Origin: Heterodontus francisci
Lineage: Eukaryota
Length of the DNA: 64,000 nt
NCBI RefSeq assembly: GCF_036365525.1
Contig: NC_090399.1
Coordinates: 62,738,862 to 62,802,861, forward strand
Reading direction: 5' to 3'
The position numbers were made by a program, and so were the translations under genes. Positions 1 to 12,026 of this stretch are shown here, one piece after another (position 1 is the stretch's first letter; each line of letters starts with the position of its first letter). Under the pieces are notes generated by a model. That model was not told where the DNA came from. It worked only from the letters and a program-made list of their open reading frames with translations, and searched no databases.

Positions 1-610
1 TAAGACTGAATACAGTGATACAGTGTGAGACACAAACAGAGGAGATTGATAAAGGTGAGAATGAATACAGTGATACAGAGTGAGACGCACAAACAGAGGG
101 TGATTGATAAAGGTAAGACTGAATACAGTGATACAGTGTGAGACACAAACAGAGGAGATTGATAAAGGTGAGAATGAATACAGTGATACAGAGAAACACA
201 AACAGAGAGTGATTGATAAAGGTGAGAATGAATACAGTGATACAGAGAGACACAAACAGAGAGTGATTGATAAAGGTGAGAATGAATACAGTGATACAGA
301 GTGAGACGCACAAACAGAGGAGATTGATAAAGGTGAGACTGAATACAGTGATACAGAGAGACACAAACAGAGGGTGATTGATAAAGGTGAGACTGAATAC
401 AGTGATACAGTGTGAGACACAAACAGAGAGTGATTGATAAAGTTGAGACTGAATACAGTGATACAGAGAGACACAAACAGAGGAGATTGATAAAGGTAAG
501 ACTGAATACAGTGATACAGAGTGAGACGCACAAACAGAGGGTGATTGATAAAGGTGAGACAGAATACAGTGATACAGAGTGAGACACAAATAGAGGAGGT
601 TGATAAATGT
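1..610. repeat. Minisatellite, about 57-59 bp unit (GATAAAGGTGAGACTGAATACAGTGATACAGAGTGAGACACAAACAGAGG..), truncated by the window start
   Basis: About 10 visible tandem copies. Confidence 0.95.
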
Positions 611-1094
611 GTATATATTGTAAAGTGCAGGGACATGGAATGGGATGGGTTTATTCCAGTTGACCTTGTACAGGGTAGGAAAGGAATCTGTGCTGTTTTG
701 TGTAGAACAAATTGAGAATGAACAGGATCAGTAAAAGGAAATTATTCCACATGAGCCCAGAGTGGGACAGGCAGACACAGCCCGAATCTCACTGTATAAA
801 GTAGTGGTCCTCAGACTGGGGCTCACTGGACCGCAGGATGTCTCTATTGCCTTTCCAGAGGGTTTGCTTCATAATCTCTGGCGTGGGACTGAGAGAGAAA
901 AAACAGAAGGGGGAGAAAGGGAATGAACAATAAAAAGGCAAGCCGCCAGCTTTTTATGAATTAACAGTGGTTTGTGTTAGAACCTCACATTTACTTTCAA
1001 TGGGAGTGAAGGTGGGAGGCCAGCTTCTGCTGTGATTCTCGGGTGCATTTAATTTTGACTCATGCAGTTAGCAAGTGCCATTATAATGCTAAAA

Positions 1095-1270
1095 TAAAAG
1101 CAAAATACTGCAGATGCTGAAAATCTGAAATGAAAACAAAAACTGCTGGAAATTCTCAGCAGGTCTGGCAGCATCTGTGGAGAGAGAAGCAGAGTTAACG
1201 TTTCAGGTCAGTGACCTTTCATCAGAACACATAATGCTACCTGCCTGCTGAGCATTTCCACCATTTTATC
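1095..1270 (-). mobile_element. Short Penelope-type (pLTR-like) repeat with minimal hammerhead core and a partial inverted copy
   Basis: The reverse complement of 1191-1229 reads GTT-CTGATGA-A-AGGTCA-C-TGACCT-GAAA-CGTTA-ACTCT. Same family as 6472, 35132 and 37195. Confidence 0.65.
1191..1229 (-). ncRNA. Minimal hammerhead ribozyme motif
   Basis: CUGAUGA box, stem II AGGUC/GACCU, GAAA box, palindromic AACGUU stem III, UUA cleavage triplet. Confidence 0.6.
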
Positions 1271-1684
1271 TTGATATTAATCTCTTGTTGGTTTAATTCT
1301 TATAATCATGGAAATTCTGTCAGTTGGCTGAACTAAAATCTTCCACCATATATATAAATCCCTTGCATTGTTAAATAACACTGAAACTAGGCTGGGTTTG
1401 AACTGTTCTGTAAAATAATCCCAAGAATGTCACTTTCCAGTGAGTACTAGGTAATGGAATTAGAGGGAAAGGAACTCGTCTGTTTAAAGGATGTTTAAAA
1501 AAAAAAGTAACCTGCTTTGAGTCTGTTAAACGTCTGAAATGGTGTGACTGCTGCTAATACTGATTTAGCCAACAGCTGTTTGTATTGGATATGAACTGAT
1601 TGTGTGTATAGACCATGAAGAAACAATATTTAATGACATTAAAAGCAGTTCAGTTGGCATCATTAGAATGTTAGCAGATCCGCA

Positions 1685-3105
1685 CAGAATCACAGAATCG
1701 TTACAGCACAGAAGGAGGCCATTCGGCCCATCATGTCTGCACCAGCTCTCGGAGTGAGTAATTCGCTTAGTGCAGTTCCCACCCCCACCCCCGCCTTCTC
1801 TCCATAACCCTGTGCATTCTTCATTTTCAGGTAACTGACTAATTCCCTATTGAATGGCTTGTTTGAACCTGCCTCCACCACGCTATCAGGCAGTGCATTC
1901 CAGATCCCAACCACTCGCTGTGTGAAAAGGTTTTTCCTCATGTCACCATTGCTTCCTATATCAATTATCTTAAATCTGTGCCCTCCCGTTCTCGATCCTT
2001 TCATGAATTTCTCCTTCTCTATTCTGTCCAGATCCCTCATGATTTTGAATACCTCTATCAAAACTCCTCTCAGCTTTCTCTTCTCCAAAGAAAACAGTCC
2101 AAATTTCTCCAGTCTATCCTCGTAAATGAAGTTTCTTATCCTTGGAACCATTCTTGTGAATCTTTTCCGGATTCTTTCCAATCCCTTCAAGTCTTTCCTT
2201 AAATGTGGCACCCAGAACTGGATACAATACTCCAGCTGAGGCCAAACTAGTGTCTTATAGAAGTTCAACATAACCTCCTTGCTCTTGTACTCTATGCACC
2301 TATTAATAAAACCTAGGATACTGCATACATTATTGACCGCACTCTCAACCTATCCTGCCATCTTCAATGACTTATGCACATATACTCACAGGTCCCTCTG
2401 TTCCTGCACCACCCTTTAGAATTGTACCCTTTATTTTATATTGTCTCCATGTTCTTCCTACCAAAATGAATCATTTCATATTTCTCTGCATTGAACTTCT
2501 TCTGCCACTTGTCCACCCATTCCACCAGCTTGTCTATGTGCTTTTGAAGTTCTACACTATCCCCCTCATAGTTCACAATGTTTCCAAGTTTCGTATCATC
2601 CGCAAATTTTGAAATTGTGCCCTGTACACCAAGGTCAAAGTCATTAATATAGATTAGGAAGAGCAAAGGCCCTAACACTGACCCCTGGGGAACTCCACTA
2701 CAAACCTTCCTCCAGCCCGTAAAACATCCATTAATCACTACTCTCTGTTTCCTGTCACTCAGCCAATTTCGTATCCATGTTGCTACTGTCCCTTTTATTC
2801 CATGAGCTATGACTGAGCTCACAAGTCGGTTGTGTGTCACTGTATCAAATGTCTTTTGGATGTCCATGTACACCACATCAACAGCATTGCACTCATCAAC
2901 CATCTCAGTTGCCCCTTCCAAAACTCCAGCAAGTTAGTTAAACATGATTTTCCCGAGACAGATCCATGCTGGCTTTTCTTAATTAACCCGCATCTGTCCA
3001 TGTGACTATTAATTTTGTCCTGAATTATTGTTTCTAGAAGTTTCCCCACCACCAATGTTAAACTGATTGGCCTGTAGTTGCTGGGCTTATCTTTACATCC
3101 TTTAA
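1685..3105 (-). mobile_element. CR1 LINE, 5'-truncated, decayed RT and 3' end
   Basis: GVPQGSVLGPLLFLIYIND, KFADD, LYKTLVxPQLEYC and QRVVGIWNALP across frameshifted ORFs; short tandem-repeat tail. Confidence 0.92.
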
Positions 3106-3140
3106 CTTTGTTTTATCTAGTTATCTCATTACTGTCTATG

Positions 3141-3351
3141 TGTTAATTGCATATGAATTGTGTTTAATTATATGCAGGTGGAGGGCATTAATTAGGATTT
3201 CACTTGAGCACATGTAAAGAGACACTTACTGAAACTGTGGTTGAGTTAGGAGCTGTGTCCATGTAATGTTTGACTCTGTAAATAAATGTGAGATTGACTA
3301 AAGATTGGCTCCAGTGCTTTCCTTCACCAACTGGCTTCCTGGAATATAATA
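3141..3351 (+). repeat. 5' LTR of copia element
   Basis: Starts TGTTAATTG and aligns by eye with 12875-13078 (shared TATATGCAGGTG, GGCATTAATT, ACACTTACTGAAACTGTG); directly followed by the PBS. Confidence 0.85.
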
Positions 3352-3369
3352 TGGTAGCAGAGGATAGTT
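3352..3369 (+). other. Primer binding site, initiator tRNA-Met
   Basis: TGGTAGCAGAGGATAGTT, one mismatch from the complement of the vertebrate tRNA-iMet 3' end (TGGTAGCAGAGGATGGTT). Confidence 0.85.
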
Positions 3370-4149
3370 GCCTAAAGGTGAAGGTAGAAAAGCAAGAAAA
3401 AAAATGAGACAGAAGACTACAATCCTAATAGCCATTGTGAGAAATGACAGAAAGTGAGTGTAAATTATCTGGGTTTGATTACCCTCCAATGTTCTCAGAG
3501 TGAGCCATGTAACCAGTGGAAGCATGAAGTGGATTGGTGGACATGAGTTATGCCCCTACCAAACAGGAAACAAGGTATGGCCTTGGCATTGTCAATTCTT
3601 ACAAGAAGTAAAATCAGAAGAAAAGTATTTTGTGAGCGAAGTGCTCATCAGTTGAATACTGATGAAGGTTTGGATCTTCCATGAGAGTTCTTGGATGAAA
3701 TCTACAAGAAATATCATCTATTAAATGCCTATGAGGCATGGTCAGAATCTGATAGATTTCAGAAGACAGATAGTTAGTCAATGGAAGAATATACCATGGA
3801 TTCTAACAGACTGCATAAAGATTGAGGAAATTCAATTTAGAGATCCCTGGTTCAGTGCTAGCATTTAAATTGCTGGATTATACTAAGGTTGCATATGGAT
3901 AGGCTCCTGGTTCGAAATGGTTTTTGGTTCTCAGAGAGAATCCTGTTGGATTAGATGTCTGCTGCCTTGAAAAAAATCCAGAGGAAACAGTCATTTGCTG
4001 CAGTCTTTGTTGAACAGATGGAATATTTTGCAGTGACACAAAGAATAGAAAACTCAATGATTGCCAGATTTGAAATGGTCCAGATATTGGATACAGGCAG
4101 ACAAAGGAAGAATGACAGACAGGTGGAATGAGCATGAAAGCTATTTACA

Positions 4150-4305
4150 TTCAATTAATGAATAATAAATCTGGAATTGAGAGCTAGTCTCAGTAATGGT
4201 GCTATGAAGCTATCATTGATTATTGCAAAAAACCCATCTGGTTCACATATGTCCTCTACAGAATGAAATCTGTCATCCTTACCTGGTCTGGCCTACATGT
4301 GACCC
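4150..4305 (+). mobile_element. SINE body fragment (family related to the 5' region of the LINE at 13157-16930)
   Basis: AAAAACCCATCTGGTTCAC..CCTTACCTGGTCTGGCCTACATGTGAC matches the reverse complement of about 16698-16750. Confidence 0.7.
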
Positions 4306-4468
4306 ACATGAGATTTGGCTACTACAGCAGAAGACAGAATTGGAATAGCAATAATAGGTGAATCCCAGGAATGCCAAGGAACAGTTAATAAGTGTTTCAG
4401 GTGTGACTCAAAGTGTTGTTATGTGATGAACTGCCCACAGCAAAGAGGCAGGGTCCTCGAAAGGGCAT

Positions 4469-4620
4469 TTTTTTTTTTTATTCATTCATGGGATGTGGGC
4501 ATCACTGGCAAGGCCAGCATTTGTTGCCAGTCCCTAATTGCCCTTGAACTGAATGGCTTTCGAGGCCATTTCAGAGGGCATTTTAAGAGTCAATCACATT
4601 CCTGTGCGGCACATGTAGGC
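4469..4620 (-). mobile_element. SINE 3' fragment: LINE 5' segment fused directly to LINE 3' tail and poly(A)
   Basis: 4469-4546 matches the tail at 9600-9677; 4547-4620 matches 16632-16710. Confidence 0.75.
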
Positions 4621-5430
4621 TCTGCCTCTCAAGGATTGGCCTTCACAGCCATCAGCAAAGGTGCACCAAAAGAAGACACTCCACCTAAATAGATTGTTTG
4701 CTCCGTGTCCATCATGTTTGATAGATGGAGTTTCCGGCTGGAGTAAGCCACTTTATCAGTCCTGATACAATCTCCAGTGACATACCTCTGCTGCTGAATA
4801 AAGCACAAATGAAACTTGACATGGAACATAACAAGGCAGTGGATCTGGAGTTTATCCAATCAGGACATTATTGTATCCCCCTAACACAACCTAATGTTTC
4901 ACATCAGAGTGTAAGACAAGAATTAATGGCATCAGGTGATAAGAATCAGAGAGGAAAACAAACAAATTGTCTTAAAGTTGCATAGACAATTTACACACTC
5001 TACTTGTCAATGGTTAAAAATCCTGTTAAAAGATGCTGGTGTGGTTGATGAAGATTCTATGAGGTTAATAGAAGAGATTAGTGAGAATTGTGAAATCTGT
5101 AAAAAGTATCGAAGGACACTGCCGCGGCCTATTGCCAACCTTCCATTGACAAGTGACTTTAACAAGGGAGTTGTCCTGGATCTAAAGGTGTGGGACAAAG
5201 ACAGAAATATTTTTATTCTACATTTTATTGACCAGACAATTTGATTCCGTCTTTTAATAATAATTCATAGCAAGGACAAAAGGGTGATTATAGATACAAT
5301 CATGGAGAAATGGATAGGGACTGGACTTGGGGCACTGACTGATAATGGAGGGGAATTTGCCAATGATGAGTTCAGACACATGTGTGAAAAGATAAACATT
5401 ATGGTCATGAATTCGACTGCTGAAAGTCCT

Positions 5431-5744
5431 AGTCTAGAACTAGGGGTCACTGTTTTAAAATAAGGGGTCACCCATTTAAGACAAAGATGAGAATTTTTTT
5501 TTCTCTCAGAGGGTTGTGAGTCTTTGGAATTCTCCTCCTCAAAAAGCGATGGAAGCAGAGTCTTTTAATATTTTTAAGGCAGAGGTAGATAGATTCTTGA
5601 TAAGCAAGGGGGGAAAGGTTATTGGGGGAAGGTGGGAATGTGGAGTTGAGCTTACAATCAGATCAGCCATGATCTTATTGAATGGCGGAATAGGCTCAAG
5701 GAGCCAGGTGGCCTTCTCCTGCTCCTAATTTGTATGTTCGTATA
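5431..5744 (+). mobile_element. CR1 3' fragment inserted in the copia integrase
   Basis: Typical CR1 3' end (RVVSLWNS.PQKA, AGATCAGCCATGATC). Removing it rejoins integrase TAESP|FSNGLCERNH. Confidence 0.85.
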
Positions 5745-6471
5745 TCCTTTCAGCAATGGACTCTGTGAAAGGAATCACACGGCAATCAATGAAATGCTGC
5801 TTAAAATCCAGATGATCAAGCAAACTGCAAGTTGGCAACTGCTCTGGCATGGGCAGTTCATGCAAAGAATCCGTGTCAGATGGTTGGGGGATATAGTCCC
5901 TCTCAATTGGTCTATGGGCGAAATCTAAAATTGCTTTCTGTGCTGTGCGATAGTCCTCCAGCACGAGAAGGTACTACAGTTAGTTTCATTTTTGCTGCAC
6001 ACTTGACTTCTTTACATGCAGGGAGACGGGCTTTCATCAAGACTGAGTTCTCTGAGAAAATTTGAAGAGCTGTGAGGCATCAAGTAAGGCCATTTTAAAC
6101 AGAATTTAATTCAGGATGTTTGGTGTATTATAAAAGAGAGGGTCATAGGAAATGGAAATGCCCTGGTAATGTAATAGATCATGATGGGAAGACACTACTT
6201 ATCAAACATTTCAATCAAACTGTTAAGCTTCATTCTTCATGATTAGTCAGAGTTGATTACAAAATCTCAGAATCTGAGCAGCTGATAGAAGGAAACAAGG
6301 CACCTTGTACCTCAAATGCTCATGTGTTTTGTGAGAAGGTCCTGAGGAACAAAATACAGTGATCAAGGGCGGATACTGGTAACATGAGTGATCATGAAAC
6401 ACAGGACAGAGCTATTACATCCAAAGACCAATTGTCCACAGTGGGTCCATGAGTGATGTATATTCCAGAGG

Positions 6472-6566
6472 TTCTGAAGAAAGGTCACTGACCTGAAACG
6501 TTAACTCTACTTCTCTCTCCACAGATGCTGCCAGACCTGCTGAGTATTTCCAGTGTTTCTCATGTT
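6472..6566 (+). mobile_element. Short Penelope-type element with hammerhead core and 13-bp TSD
   Basis: TSD TATATTCCAGAGG at 6459-6471 and 6567-6579; core CTGAAGA-AAGGTCACTGACCT-GAAA-CGTTA-ACTCT. Confidence 0.75.
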
Positions 6567-6924
6567 TATATTCCAGAGGGGTCTGGAAAATGAAGGGATG
6601 TGACAATTGGGGGGCATGCAGGAAAAGCTACGGCCAAGTTTAAATATTGGTTGAATGTTCAGGATGGTGGTCAAGAAGTGAGGTCCATGGACTGGCAGAA
6701 TTGGGTGAATGAATGGAGAGTAAGAAAGCGCAGTGCAAGTTCTAAATGGGTTCAAAGGTGACTCTAGTCAGAAAACAGTCATATACCAGAGAAGGAGCAT
6801 GCTATAGTGTGAGATAGAGATCTCACAGCAATAGTCCCAAAAAACATCAACGTGCAAGTACAAGCTATATCTTGAATAGATTACACAATGAAATGAGGGC
6901 TACAGAACAGTCTTGAGCAGAACC

Positions 6925-9677
6925 AGAAGCAGAAAAAGGAATGAAACCAGACGGACCACCCGGCATCGACCTAGGCACCAGAAACGACAACGGCAAACCC
7001 AACCCTGTCGACCCTGCAAAGTCCTCCTTACTAACATCTGGGGGCATGTGCCAAAGTTGGGAGAGCTGTCCCACAAACTAGTCAAGCAACTGCCTGGCAT
7101 AGTCATACTCACGGAATCATACCTTACAGACAATGTCCCAGACACTGCAATCACTATCCCTGGGTATGTCCTGTCCCACTTCAGGACAGACCCATCAGAG
7201 GTGGTGGCACAGTGGTATACAGTTGGGAGGGAGTTGCCCTGGGAGTCCTCAACATTGAATCCGGACCCCATGAAGTCTCATGGCATCAGGTCAAACATGG
7301 GCAAGGTAACCTCCTACTGATTACCACCTACCGCCCTCCCTCAGCTGATGACTCAGTACTACACCATGTTGAACACCACTTGGAGGAATCACTGAGGGTG
7401 GCAAGGGCACAGAATGTACTCTGGGTGGGGGACTTCAATGTTCATCACCAAGCGTGGCTCGGTAGCACCACTACTGACCGAGCTGGCCGAGTCCTAAAGG
7501 ACATAGCTGCTAGACTGGGTCTGTGGCAGGTGGTGGGGGAACCAACACAAGGGAAAAACCTACTTGACCTCGTCCTCACCAATCTGCCTGCTGCAAATGC
7601 TTCTGTCCATGACTGTATTGGTAGGAGTGACCACCTCACAGTCCTTGTGGAGGTGAGGTCCCGCCTTCACATTGAGGATACTGTCCATCGTGTTGTGTGG
7701 CACTATCACCGTGCTAAATGGGATAGATTCTGAAAAGATCTAGCAATACAAAACTGGGCATCCATGAGGCGCTGTGGGCCATCAGCAGCAGCAGAATTGT
7801 ACTCAACCACAATCTGTAACCTCATGGCCCGGCATATCCCCCACTCTACCATGACCATCAAGCCAGAAGACCAACCCTGGTTCAATGAAGAGTGCAGGAG
7901 GGCATGCCAGGAGCAGCACCAGGCATACCTCAAAATGAGGTGTCAACCTGGTGAAGCTACAACACAGGACTATCTGCGTGCCAAACTGCACAAGCAGCAT
8001 GCGATAGACAGAGCTAAGCGATCCCATAACCAACGGATCAGATCTAAGCTCTGCAGTCCTGCTACATCCAGCTGTGAATGGTGGTGGACAATTAAACAAC
8101 TAACTGGAGGAGGTGGCTCTTAAATATCCCCATCCTCAATGTTGGGGGAGCCCAGCACATCAGTGCGAAAGATAAGGCTGAAGCATTTGCAACAATCTTC
8201 AGCCAGAAGTGCCGATGATCCATCTCGGCCTCCTCCTGAAGTCCCCAGCATCACAGATGCCTGATTTCAGCCAATTCGATTCACTCCGCGTGATATCAAG
8301 AAAAGACTGAAGACACTGGATACTGCAAAAGCTACGGCCCTGATAAAATTTCGGCAATAGTACTGAAGATCTGTGCTCCAGAACTTGCCGCGCGCCCTAG
8401 CCAAGCTGTTCCAGTACAGCTACAACACTGGCATCTACCCTGCAATGTGGAAAATTGCCCAGGTATGTCCTGTACACAAAAAACAGGACAAATCCAACCC
8501 GGCCAATTACTGCCCCATCAGCCTACTCTCTATCATCAGTAATGTGATGGAAGGGGTCATCAACAGTGCCATCAAGCGGCACTTGCTAAGCAATAACCTG
8601 TCCAGTGACGCTCAATTTGGGTTGCGCCAGGGCCACTCAGCTCCTGACCTCATTAGAGCCTTGGTTCAAACATGGACAAAAGAGCTGAACTCAAAAGGTG
8701 AGGTGAGAGTGACTGCCCTTGACATCAAGGCAGCATTTGACCGAGTATGGCATCAAGGAGCCCGAGCAAAACTGAGGTCAATGGGAATCAGGGGGAAAAC
8801 CCTCCGCTGGTTGGAGTCATACCTAGGGCAAAGGAAGATGGTTGTGGTTGTTGGAGGTCAATCATCTGAGCTCCAGGACATCACTGCTGGAGTTCCTCAG
8901 GGTAGTCTCCTCGGCCCAACCATCTTTAGCTGCTTCATCAATGATCTTCCTTCAATCATAAGGTCAGAAGTGGGGATGTTCGCTGATGATTACACAATGT
9001 TCAGCACCATTTGTGACTCCTCAGATACTGAAGCAGTCTGTGTAGAAATGCAGCAAGACCTGGACAATATCCAGGCTTGGGCTGATAAGTGGCAAGTAAC
9101 ATTCGCGAGTAACTCTCCTCCTGACTCCCCAAAGCCTGTCCACCATCTACAAGGCACAAGTCAGGAGTATGATGGAATACTCTCCACTTGTCTGGATGGG
9201 TGCAGCTCCAACAACACTGAAGAAGCTCGACACCATCCAGGACAAAGCAGCCCGCTTGATTGGCACCCCATCTACAAACATTCACTCCCTCCACCACCGA
9301 CGCACAGTGGCAGCAGTGTGTACATTCTAGAAGATGCACTGCAGCAATGCACCAAGGCTCCTTGGACAGCACCTTCCAAACCCGCGACCTCTACCACCTA
9401 GAAGGACAAGGGCAGCACATACATAGGAACATCACCACCTGCAAGTTCGCGTCCAAGTCACACACCATCCTGACTTGGAACTATATCGCCGTTCCTTCAC
9501 TATCGCTGGGCCAAAATCCTGGAACTCGCTTCCTTTCAGTGGGTGTACCTACCCCACATGGACTGCAGCGGTTGAAGAAGGCAGCTCATCACCACCTTCT
9601 CAAGGGCAATTAGGGATGGGCAATAAATGCTGGCCTGGCCAGCGTCGCCCACATCCCATGAATGAATAAAAAAAAAG
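6925..9677 (+). mobile_element. CR1/L2-group LINE, single APE endonuclease + RT ORF, 5'-truncated, few lesions, nested in copia
   Basis: APE motifs (LTNIWG, LTESYL, YRPPS, GDFNVH, LDLVLTN, SDH), RT motifs (ALDIKAAFDRVWH, GVPQGS, MFADD), tail ATGAATGAATAAAAAAAA. Internal deletion near 9107 relative to the 13157-16930 copy. Confidence 0.92.
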
Positions 9678-10521
9678 AAACCCTCATGACCATCAAGTGT
9701 TAGTGGCTGCCAATAAACTTTAGGATAAACTAATGAGAGGCAAAACCAAAGGAGTTCGAGAGTTGGAGAGAATTTGGTGGTTATTCGGAGCTATCAGATA
9801 GGGGACAGCCAGCCTTGTGACATAAATGGATTTGTGCTGAAAAAGTGTTGCGGATGTGACTTATAAGGCTAAAGTGAGGCTTGTTGCTGGGTTTCTTTAA
9901 GAGGGACTGGGCAATACAGATGATGGAGTGGACTCTGCCACAGCTGGAAAAGTAATCTTAAACATCTGTTTTGAGCTCTTTTGGCCACATAGTCATTGGA
10001 GGGTCGGTCAATTGACATAAAAGCTGCATTTCTGCAGGGTAACACTTTTCAGCGTGAAATGTTTCTGAAACTGACTAGAGGCAGCAGATACAGAAGGAAA
10101 ACTATGGAAACTAAACAAATGCATCAATGGCCTGAATGATGCTTCCAGGGTGTGGTATCTTTCAGTGAGATCTGTTTTGCTGAAAATAGCTTCTGTTCAA
10201 CTAAAGGTAGATCCGCAATGTTTTATTTGTATCCTAAAGGAACACTTTCAGGAATCTTCATGATACGTGTTAGTGATTTCTTATGGGGTGGTATTGGAGA
10301 ATTTGAGAAATGTGTTCTTTCTCAGATTAGATTAGAATTTAAAATTGGGAGTCAGACCAGTGGGACTTTTAAATATATTGGTTTAGATATGAAGCAAAGT
10401 AGATCTGAAGTAACTTTAATCACAATCCTAATAGAGAGGTGTTACTCCCATCCTGGTTAATTGGTCATCAGAGAAAGATGATGTTATATCTGAAGAAGAG
10501 ACAGAACAATTTCAAAGCTGA

Positions 10522-12026
10522 TTTTTTTCCCAAAGATATGCTTTATTTATAAAATTTTTAAAAGTATACTGCAAAATTCAAATTGTATATTTCATCAAGT
10601 GCAATAAAGTTCAGTTTCTTTCAATGCGGTCCAGGAGGTGCCTCACAACTCTTGCCATACAGCCCGAGGGGTTTTACATGGGTTCCACCCTTGTTACACT
10701 TTGACAGTAGGACCTTACATAGTGGTCTTTCCCCATTGAGCCTTTGCTGCCCCAAGCTTTAATGCATCCCTCAACATGTAGTTCTATACCTTGGAATGTG
10801 CCAGTCTGCAACACTTGGTTGTGGACAACTCTTTGCACTGGAAGACCAGCATGTTTTGGGCAGATCAAAGTGAGTCTTTCATCTGGTTGATGATTATCTC
10901 AGTGTGCGTCCCTGGTAACAGCCTATAGAGCACAGAGTCCTGCATTATGGAGCTGCTCGGGATGAACCTCGACAAAATCCACTGCATCTCTTTGCAGACC
11001 TGCCTTGCAAATGCACATTCCAGAAGGAGGTGGGTGACAGTCTCTCCCCCACCACAGCCACCTCGAGGGCAGTGTGCAGAGGCGGTGAGACTCTGGCTAT
11101 GCAGGAAGGATCTGATGGGGAGGGCCCTTGTCACCGCCAGCCAAGCTATGTCTTGGTGCTTGTTTGAATGTTCTGGCAATGAGGCATTCTGCCAAATGAC
11201 TCTGACAGTCTGCTCGGGGAACCATCCGACAGGATCCACCATCTCCTTTTCCCGCAGGGCCTTGAGGACGTTCTGTGCGGACCAATGCCTGATGGACTTC
11301 TGGTCAAAGATGTTTTTCAGTACAAACATTTCCACAAGGGAGAGGTGGTACTGGACAGTCCAACTGAATGGAGCGTTCCACGGTAACGTAGCCAGACCCA
11401 TCCTTCACAATACTGAGGACAGACAGATCAACAGCACATAGTGACAGCTTGTGTCTGCATACCCGAGGTCTACGCACAGCTTGATGCAGCCACAGACAAA
11501 GGTGGCCATCAGGATGAGGGTGATAGGTTGATGTTGGGTACGTTTCCCCTCCCCCCCTTTATCTAGAGGTTTGAACATCATGTCCCTGCAGACGTGGTCC
11601 ATTTTCAATCTCCAGGTAAAGTAGAAGAAAGCTCTGGTGACCGCCATGACGCAGAAGTGGATATGGGCCGTCCTGTGCCATGTACAGCAACACTGAGAGC
11701 GCCTCACACCTGATGACCAGGTTCTTAGCCACAATATAGAGGGAGTGCCACTCCCACATGACCAGTTTCTGTTTCCCCATGGCTACTCACTCCTTCCGGT
11801 TTTTGTCCCCAGCCCCAGTCCCTCCGAGCCATATCCCCAGCACCTTCAGACAGTCTGACCTGACAGTGAAGGAGACAAAGGATCGATTGGCACAATTCCC
11901 AAAGAACTTGGCCTCTTTCTTGCCACAATTTACTTTGGCTCTAGAGGCCAGTTCAAAGTGGTCACAGATGCTCATCAGTGTGCGAACTGACAGCGGATCT
12001 GAGCAGAAGACGGCAACATCATCCAT
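10522..12026 (-). mobile_element. Tx1/L1-clade LINE, 5'-truncated, nested in the copia RT
   Basis: MDDV RT motif, YLG-like VLGIW, C-terminal zinc motif CPRGGC..ETVTHLLLEC, poly(A) end. Imperfect TSD CAAAGCT(T)GAT at 10513 and 12028. Confidence 0.85.
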
